From Prorocentrum cordatum (lineage: Eukaryota): a stretch of DNA of 64,000 nucleotides. Within the stretch, counting starts at the first letter, position 1, and every line of letters begins with the position of its first letter. The stretch is from assembly GCA_963575745.1 (NCBI GenBank), contig CAUYUJ010000033.1:1-64000 (forward strand), given 5' to 3'. This document shows positions 39,837-51,969 of this stretch, piece after piece. The position numbers and the translations under genes were made by a program. The notes under the pieces were generated by a model. It saw only the letters and a program-made list of their open reading frames with translations. It was not told the DNA's origin and searched no databases.

Positions 39837-41409
39837 GTCAAGCAGACCAGGCATCTGCGGTCTGCTTAGAGCGCGCTTGGGCGTCGTTCCGCCGAGCATG
39901 CATCGGGAGGCGTCGGCGAGGTTGCTCGGCTCCGCAACGCCGACTCGCGCTCGCCCCACCGCCTGGCCTGGGCCTGCGCCAGTCGACGGTTGTGCCCTGC
40001 GTTAGCGCGGGCCCAGCCTCGACGCGACTTCTCATGGGCGCTCTGGGCAGCATTTGAGCGCGGGGAGAAGTCGCGCGAGCGTTGTGGCCCCTATTGGCTA
40101 TCTTCTTGCTTGTCTCTAATGCTGCGGGACGGCTATTCACGGCTGAGGCGGATCCCCACCCTGCGCGCCCGCGAGCGCGTTCTCGTGGCAGGTGAATGGG
40201 ATTTGTCTCACGCGTGGCCGTCCCGCTGGCGGGATGCGTTTTTCCCCACCCGCCCGACCCTGCTGCGCGAGCGCACTGGCGTCGCAGTGGCTGCTAGTTG
40301 TGTCGAGGCTGGGCTGGCCCAGCGCCAGGCTTGGGGGAGGCGTCGGCGAGGTTGCTCGGCTCCGCGACGCCGACTCGCGCTCGCCCCACCGCCTGGCCTG
40401 GGCCCGCGCCAGTCGACGGTTGTGCCCTGCGTTAGCGCGGGCCCAGCCTCGACGCGACTTCTCTCCCCATTCTCCCCATCCCTGGCGGCGCGGCGCGGCG
40501 CCGCTCGGCCTCTCTGCGAGTCAAGCGGCAAAGGGTGAGAGAACCCCACGAATTAGGAGTGGTTTTTCCCGGGCCGCCAAGGGGGCCCGAAGGTAGTGCA
40601 AGAAACGGCACAAGTTTTGAAATCCCCCAGGGGCTCCTCAGATTCGGCCGGCCCTCTCCGGTAAGGTGGGCAAGGGCGCCAACAGCGCGTCCGGATGAGA
40701 TGGCGTCGTGGCCCCGACGGTTCGTATTGAGTGTTGCGAGAAGCTCAGTCGAGGCGGGAGGAGGAACATGAAGAGGATGAGGATAATTTTTTGACCTCTA
40801 CAGGTCCACCGCAAAGTGCAACCAGCTGGCAGGGCGGGACCTACCAGCTGTGGGAAAGGGGCAAGCAACAGTGCCAAAGTTAAGCACCGTCGCCTGAGAC
40901 CACTCCCCGACAGCGCCGAAGAGGCAGCTCGGGGCCGAGGCCACGCGCAAGTGCCCAAGCACAACGTGCACCTGCCACAACATCTCTAAGAGAGGGGGCA
41001 GGCACACGTGACCAAGGGGACCCCGAGCTGCAAGCGCAAGAAAAAGGCCAGCTGCAGGGAGACTGCAACTGGACGCTATCTCGAGCCGATTGTCGTCGAC
41101 TGTGCAGGAGTACAAAAGGCAAGACAGCGCCCTCCCACAAGGGCCACGACGGCACCGAGACGGGGAGGGCTCAGGCCGTGGGACGCGCAACGCACACACG
41201 CACGAGACGCGCACCCCACGCCAAAAGGAGGATGATGGGGCCCTGAACCTACGCTCAAAGCCACAGCAACATCCGCCTAGCCACGGTCGGGATGGAGTCA
41301 CCCCCGTGCTCGGGCCAAGAAGAGGTGCACCCAAGATGTGCGCGCTCCTTCCCCTAGAAATGGGGTGCCTGACGCTCGTGCACGCTGCAACCACGATACA
41401 TAGAACAAC

Positions 41410-41725
41410 TGGCAAAGAAAGCTCGACCGCCCACCAAAAGGACGACGAGCCCACAGCCCCTGGTGCAGCCAGCGCCAGGATGACCGACGGACTCGCCCCA
41501 GATGTGGGGTGACGCACGGATGCCTGCCAAAAGGGTCAGTCGCATCGGGCCGCGCAAAAGAGAGAGAGGCGAACCCTCGCCACAGGGAAAAACTCGACCA
41601 CCCACAAAAGGACGACGAGCCCACAGCCCCTGGTGCAGCCAGCGCCAGGACGACCGACGGACTCGCCCCAGATGTGGGGGTAAGCACGGATGCCTGCCAA
41701 AGGGGTCAGTCGCATCGGCCGTGCA
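41410..41725. repeat. 170-bp tandem duplication in the LINE-B 3' UTR
   Basis: CAAAAGGACGACGAGCCCACAGCCCCTGGTGCAGCC at 41435 and 41605. Confidence 0.85.
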
Positions 41726-42069
41726 AGAAACAAAGACGAAAGGCGGCCATGCGCCACAGAGAATCAATCCGAGCTGTCCGACTCGTCCTGACGGCGTCTC
41801 GCCAGGAAGGAAGGCGTGAGGAGTGGTCCCTGAGAGGGAGGCTGCGGAGCTGCAACTTCTTTGGGCCCGAGCCAACTCCGCACGCATGCGGGGCCCTCTC
41901 GCTGGGAGGAGCTCGCTGCAGCAGACGGATGGTCCTTGCCATCGCAAGGGCGTTGCGCGCACTCCTCTTCCCCCCCGTCAGTCACACCCCCCGAGTCCCC
42001 TCCCACTTCGGACGGTCTGTCAACGCCCTCAACAAAGACGTATGGATCAAAACAGGCCATACAGTTGTC

Positions 42070-45000
42070 TAGGTCAACTGTGACCCGTTCTTTCCGCTTG
42101 AAGTAGTGGGGGTGGTCGCCGGGAAGCAAATATCGCCAACCATATCTAGCAGCACGCGACGGCGGGGGTGCACATATTCCGCCAAGGCCTCTGACAGAGG
42201 CCCCAGAGGAGTAGCACTTGCATCTTAGGCAGATGAACAAGACTGGGCCGTCGGAGCAATGGAAACCCACCGTGCGGTGCTCCAGCGCTTGCTGCTTAGC
42301 CGCATACAATTTGGAAAACGCAACGCGTCGCCCTGGAGGCGGGCAACTCCTTGCCCCTCTTCGACCCAGGAGACAGACAGCACACCTCCAAATGCCGCTC
42401 CAACGCTCCCACTGGTGAGGCACGGGGGGGGGGGGGGGGGCTCGAAGAGGGAGCGAGATCGCGTGGGGTGCACGGCGCATCGAGGGACAACTTCGGCCAT
42501 AGCGGCAGAAGGTTGGCAGCAATAATGCAATGAGCACGGGCGGCATCCACCAGACGAGTCACTTCCTCCATCTCCACAGGGGCAGGCGGGTGGAGCAAAA
42601 GGCCATGCTTGGCCCCAATGTCAGCATCAGAGTTCCCTTTGCGGAGAAACCTCTCACGGGCAGACAGGCCCTCCCCTTCCAGACTGAGGTGGGCCTTGAC
42701 CTTCACAATGTCATCTACAAGCTGACCTTCAAAGGAGTTGGCCTGAAGCATCATGCCCGAATAGGTGCGCTTCCCCGAGTATCTTTCCGCCTCGGGGAGC
42801 CCACTTTGATGCGCACCATTAACACAATCCGAATAGAGGGCCGAAGGAAAAATCATAAATTGAGCAACTACACACCTAGCTGAGAGCTCAGCGGCTTGTG
42901 GGGTCTGCGGGTAGTGGGCCCAGACAGGGCCTCGAACCTCTCCAAGGCACTCCCCATCGTCCGAATTCATTGAGACAGCCCAAGAGGCCCTCGAGAGCTC
43001 TCTAATGGGGTGGCGCTGGCAGGACCCGTCAATGAAGAGGTGACCCCGCATTTCTCCATTGGCGGGGGCCCTGGGGCCCTCAGGGCTGGTGAGCTCTTTG
43101 CAGTGCCAGATGTACTGAAGGGAGTTCGTACCCTCTTGAGCTGGCCTGGGGAGCCAGTCAGCGGGATGGGCGACAGCCCCTCGAGTGTAAAGGCAAATAT
43201 CCTCATTGTTGGCTTCAGTTGACAGGGGCGCTAGGGCGTCGGCAACAACAGAGGCGGGGACCAACTGAGCTCTCAACTCAGAGACCTCCTCGTCAAGGCC
43301 GCTCCACTGCCTGTGGGCGATGGAGTCGGGGGCGACCCTACACCTGGGGCATAACGGGTCCACTTGGTATCCCGCACTGGGGTCACGATCAGCTGTCCAT
43401 GTGGCGCAGCTGGTGCATGCCCGAATCCAACCTTGCTGGGCAGGGGTAAACTTCTTAGACGAGCAGGCAGATTTGGGGATGTCTAAACACAAACGCTTCC
43501 CAATCCCCCACTTGCCACCCAGGTCCCGCTTCAGACTTCTCAGGTAGGCGTCCTTGCAAAGCGTTTCAAACAACTTGGGGGGAGGTAAGGCCCAGGGAAA
43601 CCTGATAACCCCTATCGTCAACCACAGTCATGAAGTTGGTCATCCCCCACCCAAGACGGAGCAAAGAAAGCCTGAGAGCAGAGTGCGGTCCCTTGACCGT
43701 GGGCCACGTGGCCCTATCCAGCGAGAAAGCGGCATTCCACGCAGCCCGAAGGTCTTCAAAGGAGAGAGAGCCATCAAATATCCTCGTGTGAGTGATCCAT
43801 ATCCCTTTACTCCATCGAAGAATCGGGGCACTGGCCGCTCTCCAACAGGGGTCCTCCGAAAGAATGCTGACAGCCGTGAGAGAGCGGCTCTTGGCGAAAA
43901 GGCGCACGGTCGACAAAGCTTGGCGTCTCATCACGAGAAGCTGTTGGTCGCTGACCCACAAGATCTCCGCTCCATAGGCCCCGCCAGCGAGGGGGCCAGC
44001 AGCGACGATCATGTGGGCCGCCCTACCCGCATGCTCCGACTGCTTCTTGAGACGCCTAGCTTTGCGACACATGAGAGCAGCTCTGGCTTTCATCTTAGAA
44101 TTCCTGCCAGAAACGCGGGCCGATCGGCCCGCGCAAAAATCAACACCGAGGTTGACAGTGGAATCTCGCACACTGCCCCCTAACTGACCAAGAGCCACGG
44201 CTATGTCATTAGCCAACTTCTTGCTGGAGGCAACCGTGCAAACCTTATCAAGAGAAGGCTGGCAACCCATGTCATTGGTGATGACGTGATGTAACATGAT
44301 AGAGGTCGACACGATCTGTTGGACAACTTGCTTATGACTGCCCGTACTCGAAACTCCCGTGTCATCGATGTACGCATCGAACTCTAAATGTTTGTGCCGA
44401 GGGAGCTGGTCAAACGCATCCATCGCAAAAACTCGGATGTGCGACGTCGCAAAGCTGCATCCAGCAACAACCCCATTGATCACGAAAAAGGGACCGTCCA
44501 GCACGCCAGCAACAGAGATGAAACGGCCGCACCTGTAGGCATGGATCGGCAACCTAGTGATGACTTCAGGAGAGTTATGACGACGACATCGATCTTCTAG
44601 CATCTCCAAGTTGATCGTTTCATAGTATTTGAGCATGTCATAAAAAACACTGGCACTGCACTGCTTCCTGGCAGTGCCTGACTCAGCTCGGACTGACTGG
44701 CGCCACACCACATCTGACGCTCCTCTGAAAGCCCCTGCGGCCCAGTACCGACGGGGGCGGTGTCGCTCCCAGTCCAGGGCGTGGGGCCGCCTGAGGCGAC
44801 CCCACACCCTGTGCCAAGAGCAGAACACCCCTATCGGCCTGAAGCCGCCAGTCGGCTTGCTGAGGAGGGCGACCAAGACGGCAGAGACCTGTCTGGGCAG
44901 CACTCCAACCGACTCCATCAGCTCGAAAAGCATAGCCACAGCAGTGAGACCATCGTCGCAAAGCAGGTGGAAGTGCCGGCAGTCAAATCCGTCATAAGTG

Positions 45001-46700
45001 ACGGCCGAGCCCGCCTTGCAACGCTTGGACACGGCTCGAAGCTGGTCAGGAGTCGCCCTAGGAAACGCTTGAGCAAGCGTCACACACTTGGCCTCTCCAG
45101 AGGCCTGGCCCCAGAAACTGCTGAACTTGTCTCCTTCTTTCGCGAGCAAAGACAACGGGTCAGCCACCACCGAACCGTCCGCCGCCAACGTCGTCGTCGG
45201 CCTCCAGGGCGAAGGGTCCTCAGTGATGATGTGGACCCTTTTGGCCCCCTTTTCCAGGCCAGCGGTCAACCAAGAGCGCCAATCCGCATTGGACCTGGCT
45301 CTATACCGCGCGCCCGCCTCGGCCAGGGTCGTCTCAACACCCTCCAGCTGCGCCTCGCCAAGAGCAATCACCTCCATCGACCACTGGGATGAGGGATGCT
45401 GTAGCACGAAGCTCTTGATACGATCGAATGAGCTCTGATACTCCTTCGTGTGGCAAGAGACAGAGGCAGGCCAGCACAGAAAAGAAGCGTGGATGGCCTT
45501 CGCCTGCGCACACGAACCTCGGTTGTCCCTGCGCAGTGATACCAAACTACGAAACTGAGCCCCCGGCCACTTTATTGCCCTGTGGGCAGGATACCTTGGC
45601 TTGCTATCCCGTCCCACCGCCGATCTCCACATGAGCTGAGGCCCCGCACTCCTCGTCCCCTTCCTGATCACGTCGGCACCTAAGATGGGAATCAGCTCCG
45701 CTTCCGCAACATCAGCCCAGGCACCGTAGCCAAGGGTGAGGAGACTAGCAGCCATAGCACCATGCCCGCGTTCAACCTCTCGAAGGCCCTCCTGAGCCAC
45801 GTCCAGAACCTGATTCCAGTCCTGCTGCTGGGGCCTGGGACCAACCGCAGGATCCGAGGGGAGCGGGGGGGGGCTTTCGGAAACTCAAAGCTTTCAACGA
45901 AGCAAGCGCGGGGTGGAACTTGAGATCGACAGGGCGGTGCGGGCTCAGTTCCGTGCTCATAACAACTTCGCAAGAAGCAGCGGCCTTTCCAAGGCCTCCA
46001 CTGCGCAAAAAAAAAAAAACAATCTTGGATGGGGCTCCATCCCCAAAGAAGGTGCAGCCGTCTGGATCAATCAGCTGGCCCTGCAATTCAGAGACAAACT
46101 TGGAAGCAGTAATGTGCGAGGGGGAAAGGTTGAAGTCCCCCCCCCCCAACACGAACGAACCAGGGAACCCCGAACAACGCGCCCCTAAGGAGGCCAACAC
46201 TTCCAAGCTTCGCTCCGACAGGCCTTCCGCGCGGTGCAAATAAACGCTCCCGATCCTGAAAGTGAAGCCCCCTGGGACCTGGACATCGGCCACCATCGCG
46301 TGGCCTTTGGAAACGACAAACCCTTCCACAGGAGAAATGAGGCCGAGCCAATCTCGAACAAGCACGGCGACGCCTCCTGAAGTGTCCGAGTCGGTCTCAC
46401 AGGCGGGACACCAGGGCGACTTCCAACCATTTCGAGCGCACCGCTGAGAAGCCGAGTAAATCTTTTCGGCGTGGAGCAGCCGATGCTCCTGCACCAACGC
46501 GACGTTGGCAGGCGTGTCAGGCAAAAGCTTCTTGAGCGTGCCCCGCGAGTTCACATTCATACTTCGAATCAACAGTTGCACCGAGCTCAGCCCGTCAGGC
46601 CCCTGGACCTGGCCAGGAGAGGGAGGAGTGAGGCACGGGAGAGGGGGGGGGGGGGAGATCCTGGGGCCAGGCACCATCTCCACAGGGCTACCCGCACCTG
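42070..46700 (-). pseudogene. LINE-B ORF2: APE, RT, RNase H, C-terminal Cys motifs (frameshifted)
   Basis: APE: SMNVN, VQEH, SGGVAV, GDFN, SPHRPV. RT: KPTGGFRPIG, DMLKYYE, GVVAGC, YIDD, NLGVD. RNase H: FIDGS, AAEL, YSDC, KVKAH, GNSDAD. Tail: WRCAVC, ICLRC. Confidence 0.92.
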
Positions 46701-46995
46701 GGAAGCCCAGGACGGGGTAAAAAGGCGATCTGTGTCCAAAACTGGCCAGCTTACAAGGGGAGTCAGCTGGCAGGGAAGTGTGGGCCGTCCGTCCTCCATT
46801 CAAAATTCGCGCAGCCCTCCAGGGCGTGCGACGCACGGCCGCTAACAAGCCACGGAACCGACATGTAGGCCGCGACGCGCCGTCCATGTCAGGAGGGGGG
46901 CGACGGGAGAACGGCCGATAGGCCACAGAATAAGAGTTCGACTTATCAGAACAAAAAAGAGCAGGGTTCGCGGCGGCCCTGCTCTTCTCAAGGCC

Positions 46996-47225
<230 letters not shown>

Positions 47226-47388
47226 CAACACCGCTACGGACGCAACGCGGGGACGAGAAGGGGACGCCGCCTCAGGGCCCTCCGAGTGATGAGACTCACG
47301 AGGAGGATTCCAAAAGCAGGTGGGGCCATCCAGGCCCTGGTCCGACGGAAAAGGAAAGCTGGCAGCTGGGCCTGGCGAGGCTGTCAGG

Positions 47389-48614
47389 TCAGCATGTCCA
47401 GCACGACGCTGAGGAGCTTGATGTTGCTGAAATCGCATCCCCCCTGCACGCCGACGCGCCTGGAGGGGGGGAAGCTCGATGAAGCGCGCGGCGAGCTCGG
47501 GCGCGGACATCCTCGGCATCAGCATGGCCCGCGGTCGCGGCTCCAGGAGCAGCGGCTGGCTGCCCAGCAGGCTCACCGCCACCTGCGGGGGTGCCAGGCG
47601 CCGACTCGGGTACAGCAGCTCCATTGCCGTCACCGTCAGCTGCTGGTGCATCTTCTGCCCCTGCATCTTCATCGCCTCCTTCAGCGACGCGACGACGCTC
47701 GCCTGCCAGGCGTTCCAACTGCTTCTTCTGATCCTCGCGAAACTTGGCTGCCTGCTCAGCAGCTGCACCAAGTAGCTGCTGAACTTGCTTGGCACTCGAC
47801 TGCTGCGACGTCTTGAGCCGCATCTCTGCCTCTTTCTTGTCCTCAGGTGAGAGGTCATACTCAGCCTCGGGAGCCAACGGCGAGTCCAAATTGATAGGCA
47901 GCTCTTTGCCCTGGAGAATGTCCTCGATAGGAATCGAAGGAGTTGATGCTTGCTGTTCTCCAGAAACTTCGCCACCCACATGCTCGGCCAGCTGCTGAAC
48001 GAGACCTTTGTGGCGTTGCTCAGCCTTGGACAGCTCCTCCGTGAACGACTGCACCACAATGCGCTGGGCGTCCAGGTCTTTCTGGAGCCTCTCGAAGTAC
48101 GTGACTGCTTTGCTGAGCTTGCCTTCCAGTGCCCGCATGTCGTGGAAGGCCTTACCCACCTGCTGCTGGAGTGGGGGTTCGACCTTCTGCACCACGTGCT
48201 TGGAGTCCAGGGTCTTCTGGTACTTGGCAGCGCCATCGGAGTCACCCACTGAGCGCATGTAGGCGATGACCTCGCTGAGCTTGGCCGACTCCGCCATGGC
48301 CCCTCCAGGGCGCGGGAGGGGCCCTCCTGACTGCTGGAACAACGGGCCTGGCTGCGCAGGAAGCGAGCCATACCAAGAACCAGGAGGAGGCTGAGCACTC
48401 TGAGGCCCTGTTTGCTGCGACTGTCCTTGCCAGACCCCCTGCGGCGAGGGAGGCATGTCGAAGGACGGCGAGCTGCGCCAGGACCAGCAGTGCTTGCACT
48501 GCTGCCACTGCTGCCTGTTCTTCTTGCATCCGCACTGCGAGCACTTCCACGACGACGGAGTGTTCCCGCGGTGCTAGAAGAACGAGCGATCTGGCTCTTG
48601 CCATGGCCAGCCAT
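47389..48614 (-). pseudogene. LINE-B ORF1: RanBP2-type zinc finger + coiled coil
   Basis: WKCSQCGCKKNRQQWQQCKHC (48549-48487) is in frame with ORF 48456-47389 (heptad-like LEGKLSKAVTYFERLQKDL...). The likely ATG at 48614 needs one frameshift. Confidence 0.75.
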
Positions 48615-49079
48615 CGTTCCAGCGCGCAGTTCGAGAGGCAATCGGGGCCATGCTGGCTCTGGGACGACGGCGGGAATCTTGTCGCCACGCAAAATTGGCT
48701 CGCAGGAGCGCGCGCCCCTTTGAAGAACAGTTCCTGCAACGCTACTCGAGCGCAAAGGGGCTAAGAGGATGAGGAGAAGGAGGAGGAGGAAGAGGAGGAG
48801 GAGGAAAAGGAGGAAGAGGATGAAGAGGACAGGTTATGTGGATATCTGGGGCGCAGCCGAGGTGTCGCGGAGGAAATCCGCAGCAGAGACTTGGGAGAGT
48901 GAGGGGAGCTGCTTCTGCTAGACCTTTCGCGGGGCGGAACGTGAAACACCACGGGGAATTAGGAGAAGGAGGAGGAGGAGGTAGAGGAGGAAGAGAATGA
49001 GGAAGAGGAGGAGGAGCTCTTGGGTCCTTCGGTGGTTTGAACGAAGAATGGCCTCGCTGCGCCATTTGATACGACAGCG

Positions 49080-49880
49080 ACGACGTCGACGAAGGCGACG
49101 ACAAAGAGAAGGGAGAATGAGAGGGGGAGACCGCTGTGTTGGGATCTCGTGGTGCGCCTCTCGGGGCCCTCTGGGAGGCAGTTTTGAAGCCTCTTGGGGG
49201 TGTTTTGGGGTTCTTGGGATCTTTTTGGGGCCTCTTGGGGGCCTCTTGGGGGTTCCTTGGGGCCTCTTGGGAGCCTCTTGGGGCCTCATGGGGCTCTCTC
49301 CGGGCGTCTTGGGGCCCTCTCGCGGCGGAAAACATAGTTTTTGAATGTTTGGGCGCCCTCTTGGGTCTCTCTTGGGGCCGTCTTGGTGCTCTCTTGGGCC
49401 GTCTTGGGCGCTTCTTGGGCGGTCTCGGAGCCCTCCTGGACCGTGTTGGGGCCTTCTTGGGGGCCTCTTGGGCAGTACTGGGGCGATCTAGGGAGCCTCT
49501 TGGGCCATTGTGGAGCGTCGGGAAGCGGGAAAAGCGAGAGGGCAAAACACATAGAAAAACACACAGGACAATCAACAATTGTAGCCTCTCGGGGCTCTCT
49601 TGAGAGGCCTCTTGGGGGTCTCTGGGGGCGTCTTGGACGCGTCTTGGGCAGTCTTGGGCCCAGATTGGGCGTCTTGGGCAGATCTTTGGGTGTCTCGGGG
49701 CCCTCTTTGGCCGTCGTGGGGGTTTTTTTCTCGCGTCGCACTCGCAGGACAAACACGGAGCACTCTGCAGGAGCGCCCCAAAGGCTCGGGGAGGCCGAAA
49801 TTCGTTTGGGGGGGGGGGGGGGGGCACCGTGTGCCGCTTTTCCGGGGTCCCCGGCCCTGTAAAAATATATGAACAGGAAT
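49080..49880 (+). repeat. Dispersed CTCTTGGG-rich repeat element, copy 2
   Basis: Homologous to 27900-28735. Confidence 0.85.
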
Positions 49881-50296
49881 ACGCATCCCAAGATTCCCAA
49901 TCTTTTTGAAAATTTTGGATTGGTCGTGTGCATCGCCGCTCTTCCAATATTTTCCCCGATTTCCTGGGGAATATACGATTCATTGTGTCGCTGTGTTTTG
50001 TTCACTCCTGGAAGGTTCCCGACCGTGTGAACTCCTGTGCCGCTTGCCCTCCCGCGAGATCTCCCCGCGCGCACCGGACAAGAGAAAGCGGCATAAGAAG
50101 AAACTTTTGGCGCTCCGCGCGCCAGGGAGGGGGGCCCAGCGCGGATCCAAGAAATCCGCGCGGAGCGCCAACCGTTTAGGCTTATGCCGTTTTTTCTTCT
50201 TCGAGGGCCTGAAGCCTTCTGGGCGCATACCTGCACAAACGCCACCGCCGTGCGAACTCCTGTGCCGCTTTCTCTCTCGCCGCCGCCGCCGCGGGT

Positions 50297-50352
<56 letters not shown>

Positions 50353-50860
50353 TCAGGGTCGGCGGCTCCGGCCGTAGGGCCGCTCCAATCCTCCAAGGTC
50401 TGCAGCCTTCCGGGCGCATCCCTTCACAGACGCCCCCACCGTGTGCACTCCTGCGCCGCATTTTTCTCTCCCTCGAGAGGGGCCTCCCCGCGCGCCGCGG
50501 CGCGGCGCCCGCCCGCCTCTGGAGCCGCCTCCGGCTCGCTGCCTGCATGGGGGCCCTCCAAACCAAGACTTTGCCAGAGCCTGCGTCACGAACCTCTCCT
50601 CAGCCCGAAGGTTGCCATGCCCAGAAGCGAAGCGAGCTTGCCAAGCCCAGGGGCGATGACGATCCTGGTGATGGTGAGGTGATGCCACACATTCGGGGGC
50701 GCGCAAACATGTATTAGCGATCCATGGATTTGGCGCCTCCCCCAAAATGCGGCCTGTGCCGCCTCGTCCGGCGGCGGAAATCCGCGACTTCCTGTGGAAA
50801 CGGGACCCGTCGCTGATCCACGCCCCCTTGATCCATGTCTGCGATCGCCTGACACATGGG

Positions 50861-51061
50861 TAGGGGGACGAAAAATGACATCAACATAAAATCTCGGAAG
50901 TCCGCGCGGATTTCTTTGGTCGGCGCTGGACCCCCCTCCCTGGCGCGCGGAGCGCGCCAGGGGCGGCGCCGGAGGCGCCGTCAGGGGGGTCCAGCGCCGA
51001 TCCGAGAAATCCGCGCGGACCTCCGAGTTTTCATATGTTTATGTCATTCTTCGTCCCCCTA
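50861..51061. mobile_element. Palindromic MITE flanked by TA
   Basis: TAGGGGGACGAAAAATGACATCAACATA ... TATGTTTATGTCATTCTTCGTCCCCCTA; related internal sequence at ~8390-8545 and ~50100-50170. Confidence 0.85.
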
Positions 51062-51969
51062 ATGAGGGATCGGTAAGGATACGCTTCTTTGCCAGACCCT
51101 GCGCCGCCCAATCTCGCGCACCGCTCTCTCCGCGATGCGCACCGCGCGGTTCTCTCCGCGCCGCCGCGCCGCCCCCCCCCCCCCTGGACGAGGGCAGCCG
51201 CTCGGGCCAATGCCCCGACGCGCGGCGCGCGACCGTCTTCGCGCCCCCGTGCGTGCCCCCTGGAAGCCAAGACTGCGGCAAGTCGGGGGCACGACCCGCC
51301 AAAGTCCTGGCTTTGGGCCTGGGCTCGTCGCTTCCCCGACCTGCGAGAGGGTCCTGGCTCGCGAGGCGGAGTCCTGGTCTCGGGGGCCCCGACCTGCGTT
51401 CGCTCCGTCTTCGTTCTCCCTCGTTCTGCCTTCGCTCCGCCGTTGCCGCAAAACGTAACAACAACTCTAGCACGATCCACGAAATTGCCAAAACACAGCT
51501 TGGGACGCCCGAAATGATACGAACACATTGGCACACTAACCAACAACAGATTTTGTCCAAGACCGGCAGCGGCCGCTGTTGGGCAGGCGGCCTTCTACCT
51601 CAAATGGACAGCGTCCGCGGCGACATCGACAGTGGGTCCTGTTCAAATGAGCAGGAACGGCTGTCGGTCTTCGTGCCCATTCCCCATACCCACATCGATC
51701 GCCCCGAACCGGTTATAGGCCGAGAGTGATGTCATGATGAGATTGGCCCAGGATGCGCCAAAGAATCTAGCGGCGCAGCTGGTGCATAATACTAGGGAAT
51801 ATGGGGTATCCTGGACACCCGGGAAATCTTGGAACGTACCATTATCATGGCTTGCTGCTCCTGCCGGGGGTATGGGTGACGGGGGGAGGCTTCTCAGAAG
51901 GAGGCTGCTTCTTAGTGCCGGCCTTAATCTATGGATAGGGCCCGCGCCCTCTGAGAAGCAGGGGCGCTT

